Positions 7,811 through 14,082 of a stretch of DNA of 20,000 bases are shown piece after piece. Position 1 is the first letter of the stretch. Every line of letters begins with the position of its first letter. This stretch comes from an uncultured virus (IMG/VR IMGVR_UViG_3300005201_000352) (Duplodnaviria; Heunggongvirae; Uroviricota; Caudoviricetes), in IMG/VR virus record IMGVR_UViG_3300005201_000352, one strand, 5' to 3'. Both the position numbers and the translations under genes were made by a program. Below the pieces are notes generated by a model, which had not been told where the DNA came from, searched no databases, and saw only the letters and a program-made list of their open reading frames with translations.

Positions 7811-7933
7811 AGGGGGAGGCAGGAGTCGAACCTGCAACCACGGGCAGCGACCCGTTAGCGGAATATCTACTATGCTTATGCGCACTAGACATAATCCTTA
7901 TCCGCCGCGATACTACCGTTATACGACACCCCC
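7811..7933 (-). ncRNA. Expanded tRNA-like RNA (123 nt), tRNA-Gly-like scaffold with ~50-nt extended anticodon arm and long variable arm
   Basis: GGGGGUG/CUCCCCC acceptor stem, D-arm UC-GUAU-AACGGUA-GUAU, GGCGGA/UCCGCU + AUGUCUA/UAGAUAU + GUGC/GCAU extended arm, ACGGG/CCCGU variable arm, GCAGG(UUCGACU)CCUGC T-arm. Confidence 0.75.
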
Positions 7934-7936
7934 AAA

Positions 7937-8068
7937 TCATCCGCACAGACTATTTTCTTCATCCGCACGGGTTGTCGGTAAGCCTTTCACCACCGAAGCC
8001 TCCGACAAGCTCCTATTGGCTATCCTGTTTATCCACAGGCAATATCCAGTCATTCAGGCTGGCAATAG
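7937..8068 (-). ncRNA. Putative structured RNA rich in GGAU motifs
   Basis: Three-way junction CUAUUG/CAAUAG with CCAG/CUGG and CCUGU/ACAGG; hairpin UUGUCGG/CCGACAA; tandem GUGCGGAUGA at 7937-7946 and 7959-7968. Confidence 0.45.
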
Positions 8069-8110
8069 ACGGCTCTCTTTTGTCCGCCCTGTCAAGCGGC
8101 TTTTTTATCA

Positions 8111-8383
8111 TTATTTCAATTTCAATTCTTGCGCAGCAATTTTATTTAAGTCTATGTATTGCTCTTTAAGAATTGCAAGTTGTTCTGCTATAGCCTTCTT
8201 TGCAATACCCGGCAGAAGGAAAACATTTTCTCCTTCTTCGTCTTCGTTGAGATAGACGTTGATAACACATCCGGGTATCGCTGGTTTATTCCTTCTTTGC
8301 TTGAACAGTGCTAGTGCCTTTTCACAATTTTCAATCTCAATACATTCATCATTCAACCGCTGTGCAATTTTTTGACTTATCAT
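8111..8383 (-). CDS. Hypothetical phage protein
   Basis: SD AGGAG; 90-aa ORF. Confidence 0.7.
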   Translation of the reverse strand: MISQKIAQRLNDECIEIENCEKALALFKQRRNKPAIPGCVINVYLNEDEEGENVFLLPGIAKKAIAEQLAILKEQYIDLNKIAAQELKLK

Positions 8384-8428
8384 CTTTTATCTCCTAAAAT
8401 AATATTTAATCCTTCAACGAAGGTTTAC

Positions 8429-8911
8429 TCACAATCCTTTTTCAATTTTTAATTGTTTAACTTTCTCGCGGTATTCTTTAATTTTTATCTGCAACCAGTA
8501 ACAGTCATAATTGCCGCCTAAATAAGCAAGGCGTTCAATTTCTTTAACTTCGTCTTCTCCGTATTTCTCAATCAATTTTTGTCTGTATAGATATATTTTT
8601 CCACTATGAAAAGAATTACAACTTACGCATTGTGGATTACAATTGACTTCATTAAACCTGACTATTTTTACATCCCTGTTAATATAATGCCCATCATGTA
8701 TGTCGTTCCATTTATGGTAAGAACCGCAGGTTATACATCTAACATAACCGTTATCGTCAGCGTCTCTCAATCTGATAAATTCTGAAAATACCCTGTCAAG
8801 AATTTTCTCCAATTCTCTATAACTCTTTTCCGCAAGAGTTTTTCTTTTTCCATGAGTTTTGGAATATATATTTTTTCTGTGGTTTAGGTAGGGCATACTC
8901 TCTTTTTCCAT
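8429..8911 (-). CDS. ninG: NinG/Rap family recombination endonuclease (start may be 8896)
   Basis: LDRVFSEFIRLRD...CITCG...DGHYINR...RFNEVNCNPQCVSCN...G...YRQKLIEKYG. Confidence 0.88.
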   Translation of the reverse strand: MEKESMPYLNHRKNIYSKTHGKRKTLAEKSYRELEKILDRVFSEFIRLRDADDNGYVRCITCGSYHKWNDIHDGHYINRDVKIVRFNEVNCNPQCVSCNSFHSGKIYLYRQKLIEKYGEDEVKEIERLAYLGGNYDCYWLQIKIKEYREKVKQLKIEKGL

Positions 8912-9054
8912 GCGGCGATTGAATCTATCAATCTCTTTTTAGGCAGACCCCAAGAGCCGCAGTTAAAACAGTAAACCCAAAAAGATTTTTCATCTGCTTT
9001 AACCCTTACGTTTTTACTCATGCAAAATGGACATGGTTTTAATTTCTTGCTCAT
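8884..9054 (-). CDS. Lar-family restriction alleviation protein (56 aa, not in ORF track)
   Basis: MSKKLKPCPFCMSKNVRVKADEKSFWVYCFNCGSWGLPKKRLIDSIAAWKKR: LKPCPFC...V.C..CG...AAW..R signature. Confidence 0.8.
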   Translation of the reverse strand: MSKKLKPCPFCMSKNVRVKADEKSFWVYCFNCGSWGLPKKRLIDSIAAWKKRVCPT

Positions 9055-9164
9055 TCAATGTCTCCATGATGTTTTCGCCAAAAGAATCTCCAACTGTTTT
9101 TATTATTGTAAATCCACTGAGTAATTAAACTGAATAAAATACCCACTATTATAAGAACTAACAT
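9051..9164 (-). CDS. 37-aa single-TM peptide (MLVLIIVGILFSLITQWIYNNKNSWRFFWRKHHGDIE)
   Basis: SD GAGGAGG; ATGA coupling to the Lar gene; hydrophobic N-half, aromatic/basic tail. Confidence 0.6.
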   Translation of the reverse strand: MLVLIIVGILFSLITQWIYNNKNSWRFFWRKHHGDIE

Positions 9165-9180
9165 TCTTTCCTCCTCATTG

Positions 9181-9235
9181 AAAAAAGCCAGGCAGCGCAG
9201 GAACGGTATTGGGTGGTAATTCCCACGCTACCTGG
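9181..9235 (-). terminator. Rho-independent terminator after the Cro/Xis-like gene
   Basis: CCAGGUAGCGUGGGAAU...GUUCCUGCGCUGCCUGG-C-UUUUUU. Confidence 0.7.
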
Positions 9236-9261
9236 ATTTAACAAAATCACCTCCTTAATTT

Positions 9262-9474
9262 TCATTTACCCGCAGGTATTCGCACAGCTTCAAGCCATGC
9301 AAGTACATCAGCGAGACGTGATACGCGTTTTGTCGGGGTTACTTGGTAGTATTCCCAAGGTAGAGTCTGAGCTTTCATCATATGGTAAATAGTGAATATA
9401 CTTAGTCCTGTTAGTTCTGCCATTTCTTTTACATCAACCTTTTTTTCATTGTTAATTGTGTTTCTTTTACTCAT
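9262..9474 (-). CDS. Cro/excisionase (AlpA-like) HTH protein
   Basis: VKEMAELTGLSIFTIYHMMK...LP...DVLAWLE; SD AGAGGT. Confidence 0.8.
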   Translation of the reverse strand: MSKRNTINNEKKVDVKEMAELTGLSIFTIYHMMKAQTLPWEYYQVTPTKRVSRLADVLAWLEAVRIPAGK

Positions 9475-9483
9475 CAAATACCT

Positions 9484-9693
9484 CTATGCCGGGGACACGT
9501 CTGGTAATGCTTGCATTAGACTTTCGTTATGCCAGCCTTCTACCCATGACTGTTTAACGATTTTAATCTGCAATTCACTGAGACCACTACAAAAGCCCGA
9601 TGGTATTTTAGGATCGCAATCTGCACCTGCCAAAAAATCCATGCGCCCATGCTCGTAGGCGGCTTTAAGTTTGCTCTCAATGCTCGTTATCAT
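9484..9693 (-). CDS. Hypothetical phage protein
   Basis: AYEHGR...WVEGW; SD GGAGGGAG; TAATG coupling. Confidence 0.7.
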   Translation of the reverse strand: MITSIESKLKAAYEHGRMDFLAGADCDPKIPSGFCSGLSELQIKIVKQSWVEGWHNESLMQALPDVSPA

Positions 9694-9932
9694 TACGCAA
9701 CTCCCTCCGGTTTCCGTTTCAACACGTCTTCCTCGGCGAACTGGTCTTCACTGCCGTCCTCAAGCTTGATAACGAAATAAGTTGATTTATTACCGCAATA
9801 TTCATGTAACTTCACTTCAACAACCTCTCCGGCACATACCTCCGGGCACAGACAGAGTACTTTGTCACCTATCTCCGGGCGGTATTTGCTCATTTCATTC
9901 CATGTTTCATCCCATTCAATGTCATAAGACAT
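9693..9932 (-). CDS. Small beta-barrel (SH3/KOW-like) phage protein, first gene of the leftward early operon
   Basis: ATG 9932 with SD GAGGAGG; IGDKV...GEVVEV...YFVIKLEDG...FAEEDV. Confidence 0.6.
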   Translation of the reverse strand: MSYDIEWDETWNEMSKYRPEIGDKVLCLCPEVCAGEVVEVKLHEYCGNKSTYFVIKLEDGSEDQFAEEDVLKRKPEGVA

Positions 9933-10078
9933 TCCCACACCTCCTCTATCAGCCAATATTCCCCTCCCAGCACCGCCGGACACATTTATCTATTACCGCA
10001 CGAGCCTGGGACCGGGTTATTTCCGGTCATTAATTGCTTTTCTGCCGGCTGCCGGCGACGAAACAGCCTGGCAGGGAC

Positions 10079-10151
10079 AAAAAAAGCGTTTTATTCAGCC
10101 TCCTCCGAACCTCTTTCGAGGCTGCCGCCGGATCGGGCTGGATAAAACGCT
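10079..10151 (-). terminator. Attenuator-like long hairpin with U-tract in the 5' leader of the early operon
   Basis: AGCGUUUUAU-C-CAGCC...GGCUG-A-AUAAAACGCU-UUUUUU with inner AGCCUC(GAAA)GAGGUU. Confidence 0.6.
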
Positions 10152-10204
10152 CTAACGTTTTCCCAGGCGGCTTCTGGGTTTATAAAACATTTAAAGTTTT
10201 ATAT

Positions 10205-10239
10205 ATCCCAATTATATCCTAATTGGGATTTTTTGTCAA
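10205..10239 (-). promoter_or_regulatory. Perfect-consensus sigma70 promoter (TTGACA-17-TATAAT) overlapped by a palindromic operator ATCCCAATTA-N5-TAATTGGGAT
   Basis: -35 at 10234-10239, -10 at 10211-10216; 10-bp inverted repeat 10205-10229; divergent from the RHH gene. Confidence 0.88.
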
Positions 10240-10291
10240 GTGATTTTATTAAAAATTAATTTTTTTTGTACAAATAAGCCGATAATGACTT

Positions 10292-10528
10292 ATGGGTCAA
10301 AAAACAAATGAAGGAAAAATACAAAAACCTATTAGATTTGATAAATGGATGGCGGACGCCATACAAAAAATTGCTGAAAATCGTGGACTTACTTTTACAG
10401 CCGTTGTTATTGAGCTTTTAAGACAAGAACTTTCCTTTATGGGTTTTAGTATGGGTATTGGACGAGAAGCCTCAGAAGTAAAAACTGAAATAAAAGGGGA
10501 TACGCAGTTACAGTCAAAAACGGCGTAA
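10292..10528 (+). CDS. Ribbon-helix-helix DNA-binding protein, probable prophage repressor
   Basis: IQKPIRFDKWMADAIQKIAENRGLTFTAVVIELLRQEL fits RHH beta-alpha-alpha; occupies the cI position. Confidence 0.7.
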   Translation: MGQKTNEGKIQKPIRFDKWMADAIQKIAENRGLTFTAVVIELLRQELSFMGFSMGIGREASEVKTEIKGDTQLQSKTA

Positions 10529-10581
10529 TTTACCCACATATCTGGTTTAGAAAATAGTTTAGAAAATAAAGGAAGATTTCT

Positions 10582-11304
10582 ATGCTCTATAGGGTTATTA
10601 CGTGGAACATGGACTGGTGGAAAAGAACTGATGACCAGCGCAAGGCAGGGTGGGAATACCTTCAAAAACAAGATTGCGACTTCGCGCTCTTGCAGGAAGT
10701 TAAACCTGATTTGACTTCAATGCCGGGATACAATATCAGCTTTCATAGGTTCATTGTAAAACAAGAATGGGGATCGGCAATTATCTCAAAGGGGTATAAT
10801 TTCATTCACCACTCCTTCCCCAGTTCTTATGATGGTTCGCCTGGGTTATTGTGTTATGAATTCCTATTGCCATGTGGCGAGCCTATAATCATTATCAACT
10901 TATACGGAAAAATTGATACCTCAAAGTTTGCCAGTACAACAATTCACCACATGATTTCAGATATTACCTCATTAGTTTATTACAATAAACGTAAATATAT
11001 CCTGCTTGCTGGTGACTTCAATCTTTCTGAGCAATGGGACGAAAAATATAAAGAGCGCTGGCCGCTTCACAAACAGTGCTTTGACCGGCTTGATGACCTT
11101 GGCTTTGTCAATATCACAAAGTTAAAATTCGGCGGTCATTTCCAAACCCATGTTCATAGTAGAAGCGATTTCCAGTGGCAGATAGATTATTTTTTCTTGA
11201 ACAAAAAATTATATGCAAAAATAGGCGACTGCAAAGTCAATAATCAAGAAGGTATGTTGGAATTAAGCGACCATTTCCCTATTGAATTGACTTTGGATTT
11301 GTAA
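10582..11304 (+). CDS. Endonuclease/exonuclease/phosphatase (EEP) family protein
   Basis: Motifs ITWN, LQEV, INLY, AGDFN, IDYFF, LSDHFP. Confidence 0.9.
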   Translation: MLYRVITWNMDWWKRTDDQRKAGWEYLQKQDCDFALLQEVKPDLTSMPGYNISFHRFIVKQEWGSAIISKGYNFIHHSFPSSYDGSPGLLCYEFLLPCGEPIIIINLYGKIDTSKFASTTIHHMISDITSLVYYNKRKYILLAGDFNLSEQWDEKYKERWPLHKQCFDRLDDLGFVNITKLKFGGHFQTHVHSRSDFQWQIDYFFLNKKLYAKIGDCKVNNQEGMLELSDHFPIELTLDL

Positions 11305-11491
11305 CCGATTTTATTTTAAATCTAGGCAATATAAACGCAACCTATACAACTCAGGCAAACACCCCGAATTTCGCGCAAGGAAGCCTCTTGGTGCGGTTTT
11401 ATGGGTAAATAAATAAAAGGTTACAGAATATAAACACGATAGAACGACGTTATTGAGCAAATAAAGGCATTTTGAAACTAATTACAGACTG

Positions 11492-11728
11492 TCAATGATT
11501 TATAATACCAGCAAATTGTCCTTCTACAATAATGGGTTCTTGTCCTGTCTTTATCTTCCAGTGTTTGCAATCGGTCTCTGGGGAATTATTTGTATCACAA
11601 AGTATTGCTTCACCTTCTTTGAGATTATGAATGCGACACTCAAAGTGTCCGCAAGGGGTAAATTTTCGCAGGTTTCCACACGAAAAACAGTTGCCAGGTT
11701 TTTCAGATAATTCTTTTATGGCTACCAT
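11492..11728 (-). CDS. Cys-rich hypothetical protein
   Basis: CFSC...C...C...C...CKHW; starts right after the upstream stop codon. Confidence 0.65.
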   Translation of the reverse strand: MVAIKELSEKPGNCFSCGNLRKFTPCGHFECRIHNLKEGEAILCDTNNSPETDCKHWKIKTGQEPIIVEGQFAGIINH

Positions 11729-12151
11729 CTATTTTTTACGACCACGTTTCGGAACAATGTCCGTTGCATCTTTGCGCGGTCGCCCTACGGGTTTTTTTGG
11801 AGTGGTGTCTACCGGCTTCTCTTTACGCGGTCTTCCTGGTTTACCGGGGATTTTGGGAGGCTTGGGCTTCGCTCGTTTACCGGGCTTTGGTCTGTTTGCA
11901 AATGCAGTTTCGGCTTCTTTATCGAAAAGATAAAATTCAACTGTTTTCCCGCCATCAAAGCTGACATATGGAAGATCGTTTTCAAGAGCATATTGCCGAA
12001 CACGAACTTGAGTAACTCCGTATTCTTCGGCAATCTGTTTTGTTGGCTTACCATTTAGCTGTATCATTCCCATGTCTAAAAGATTAGCGGATACGTTGGC
12101 CTTTTTCAAGGGCTTTTTACTACGAAATAAGACCGGTTTCTTGGAATCCAT
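11729..12151 (-). CDS. HTH plus multiple AT-hook DNA-binding protein (alternative start 12073)
   Basis: TKQIAEEYGVTQVRVRQYA HTH; PGRPRK, VGRPRK, KRGRKK AT-hook-like motifs. Confidence 0.75.
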   Translation of the reverse strand: MDSKKPVLFRSKKPLKKANVSANLLDMGMIQLNGKPTKQIAEEYGVTQVRVRQYALENDLPYVSFDGGKTVEFYLFDKEAETAFANRPKPGKRAKPKPPKIPGKPGRPRKEKPVDTTPKKPVGRPRKDATDIVPKRGRKK

Positions 12152-12573
12152 TACGCCACCTTCTCCTTAATCCAGTTCAAAATTGCCTCTTTGAATATGA
12201 TTCCGCCTTCCTTCGGAAGCATTACAACAAATTCTTTCTTGAAATCTTGATGATACCTCTCGGCTACTTCCTGTCCGACAAAGATTGAAAGAATATTCAG
12301 AGCAAAGTCAGCCGGTCCCGAACCGCCGTAACCCCACTCAAACCCAGTTGGGCTATGGTACGTAATACGGCATGGTACGTTTGTATGTATTCCATTTTCA
12401 TCACGCGAACAAACAATATCCTCTCGCCAGTTTTCGATTTTTCCTACTTTTTTCATAAAACCAAACTCCATTTGCTTTTCATCTTTTCCCCTGCATACTG
12501 GACCAATACCCAATTTTACCGACAGCGGGTTTTTAAGAAGCCGTCTGCAGATACGACAGTGCGAACTCGGCAT
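12151..12573 (-). CDS. DUF6011-like Zn finger fused to DUF6166-like domain
   Basis: CRICRRLLKNPLSVKLGIGPVC and HSPTGFEWGYGGSGPADFALNIL. Confidence 0.75.
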   Translation of the reverse strand: MPSSHCRICRRLLKNPLSVKLGIGPVCRGKDEKQMEFGFMKKVGKIENWREDIVCSRDENGIHTNVPCRITYHSPTGFEWGYGGSGPADFALNILSIFVGQEVAERYHQDFKKEFVVMLPKEGGIIFKEAILNWIKEKVA

Positions 12574-12582
12574 AACGACCTC

Positions 12583-13017
12583 TTAGGCAACCTCAACAAG
12601 TTCCTCAACATGCTCTTCTATTCCATCGTCCAAGGGCGGGACTTCGGTCTCGAAGTCCATTGAAGGTATCTCTTCCTGTTTTTCCTTTTTGAACTCGGGA
12701 CGGAACTCAACATGCTCGGAAGCGATAACAATCCGGGCGTGAGTTTTACCATCTTCGCCTGCCCAGCGATCCTGTCTGAGCCGGCCAACCACTCTGACGC
12801 CGCGTCCTTTCTTCCCTATCCCGTAACAGCTCTCAGCGAGTTTCCCCCACGCTTCGATGTCGAAAAAACTGACTTCTTTCTCGATCCCATTCTCTGCTCT
12901 GTAATATCTGTTTGAGGCAAGGGTAAAATTACAGACCGCTGTTCCTTTCTTGGTGTGCCTTACCTGCGGATCTCTGACAAGGTTTCCTTCGATCAAGATT
13001 GAATTTAGATTATTCAT
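12583..13017 (-). CDS. ssb: Single-stranded DNA-binding protein (second, spirochete-type)
   Basis: LNSILIEGNLVRDP...FTLASNRYY...EVSFFDIEAWGKLAE...KKGRGVRVVGRLRQDRW...EHVEFRP. Confidence 0.93.
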   Translation of the reverse strand: MNNLNSILIEGNLVRDPQVRHTKKGTAVCNFTLASNRYYRAENGIEKEVSFFDIEAWGKLAESCYGIGKKGRGVRVVGRLRQDRWAGEDGKTHARIVIASEHVEFRPEFKKEKQEEIPSMDFETEVPPLDDGIEEHVEELVEVA

Positions 13018-13027
13018 ATACTCTCCT

Positions 13028-13087
13028 TGGCTTTCGCCGACCCCTTTCGGGGTTTCGACTGGTTGCCATCCAGTCTCATCAGGGCGA
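13028..13087 (-). ncRNA. Type I hammerhead ribozyme
   Basis: UCGCC-CUGAUGA-GACUGG(AUGGCAA)CCAGUC-GAAA-CCCC(GAAA)GGGG-UC^-GGCGA; complete core, three perfect stems; loop II UGGC can pair with downstream GCCA. Confidence 0.93.
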
Positions 13088-13088
13088 T

Positions 13089-13406
13089 TTAATTTGAGAT
13101 GATTTTATTTATCATCACTTTTAATTCTTGCGCATCCTTATCGGATAACGAACCGAAGTCAGTTCCCTTATCAGCACATATAAAAAAATCACCAACTATC
13201 GGGCGACGATAAAGACGACACCCGACTTTATTTAACGGGCTTCCGTTCAATAAACCTTCTTCGTCGACAACCATTATGTATCTGAGATCAAGTCCCATTG
13301 GTCTTACAATTTCAGCAAAGCCACTCTTAAATTGTTTCTGCATTTGCTCAAAAGTGAAATTGCCAATTACTACGTCATTGTTTGCTTTGACTAAAATTGC
13401 TTTCAT
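13089..13406 (-). CDS. DUF3846-like protein
   Basis: MVVDEEGLLNGSPLN...PIVGDFFIC...DFGSLSD. Confidence 0.75.
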   Translation of the reverse strand: MKAILVKANNDVVIGNFTFEQMQKQFKSGFAEIVRPMGLDLRYIMVVDEEGLLNGSPLNKVGCRLYRRPIVGDFFICADKGTDFGSLSDKDAQELKVMINKIISN

Positions 13407-13864
13407 ATATTTTTTCTCCTCGTTTTATTCTCCTCATATATTTCAACTTGCTTTTTCTTGGCAAGTTTCAAGCCGTGCTGTAGCCTTTCGTCTTTTTCAA
13501 TATCCTCTGGCTCTAATCCAAGAGCGTCCAGTGTAGAAGAAATATCCCAAGAAACTATAAACTCGTGATCTGAAAGTTCATGGTTGAACATCTCAAAGAT
13601 AAAACCTTCACCTGTAGGATCGGCGGCTATTGCATCGTCCATTTCCTTAGAATGCCGATCCAACATTTTATGGAGACGCATTGCATCGGTGCGGAGATAA
13701 AACCCGCCTGTATTGCCGAACTTGTAAATCTTATCCGTATCGTTCGGTGATAATCCGAACTTCGCCATACCTTCTTCAAATTGTTTGTCACTGAAAGCAA
13801 AGAAAAACGGGAAGTCGTTTACTTCTGACTGGTGTCTGTTTTTCATCTCAACATAAGCGTTCAT
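13403..13864 (-). CDS. Conserved phage/MGE hypothetical protein (FFAFSxxQFEEG...GGF...FIxEMFxxELxDHE family)
   Basis: Recognisable conserved motifs; SD AAGGAGGT. Confidence 0.8.
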   Translation of the reverse strand: MNAYVEMKNRHQSEVNDFPFFFAFSDKQFEEGMAKFGLSPNDTDKIYKFGNTGGFYLRTDAMRLHKMLDRHSKEMDDAIAADPTGEGFIFEMFNHELSDHEFIVSWDISSTLDALGLEPEDIEKDERLQHGLKLAKKKQVEIYEENKTRRKNI

Positions 13865-13875
13865 TTAATACCTCC

Positions 13876-14082
13876 TTATACGGTTTTAATTGCAAAGTAA
13901 TCCGCTTTTTTTCTGTCATACTTTACAATAACGCCATTTTGTTTTGCGATTTTTTTTGCTCTTGTAAATATGGTTTTATTGGTGATAAAAAAATGCTTTC
14001 CGTTTTCAGCGGCTTCGGTTATTCTGATCGCTATACTGCTAACGGCATAATGACCAAAATTAGGATTTATTCGCTTACTCAT
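13876..14082 (-). CDS. Basic hypothetical protein
   Basis: SD GGGAGGT; start abuts the upstream stop. Confidence 0.65.
   Translation of the reverse strand: MSKRINPNFGHYAVSSIAIRITEAAENGKHFFITNKTIFTRAKKIAKQNGVIVKYDRKKADYFAIKTV

Noticed and set aside
7589..7933. Calling the two phage elements ordinary tRNAs or a tmRNA
   Set aside because: No 7-nt anticodon loop on a 5-bp stem; no G3.U70, CCA or tag reading frame
8045..8060. CUGAAUGA resembling a hammerhead core
   Set aside because: One extra nucleotide relative to CUGANGA and no correctly placed GAAA/stem III
8085..8105. TTGACA on the minus strand upstream of the ncRNA cluster as a dedicated promoter
   Set aside because: No -10 element at 16-18 bp; the hexamer lies in the loop of a small CCGC/GCGG hairpin
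7698..8255. ORFs 7698-7946 (-), 7872-8255 (+), 7972-8169 (+)
   Set aside because: No convincing SD, atypical composition, and overlap with tRNA-like structures or a real gene
9955..10035. Twister-ribozyme-like words (CCGGUCCCAGGC ... GGAGGGG) on the minus strand
   Set aside because: P1/P2 pairing and the UAA cleavage context cannot be built; GACCGG/CCGGUC is explained as a simple hairpin
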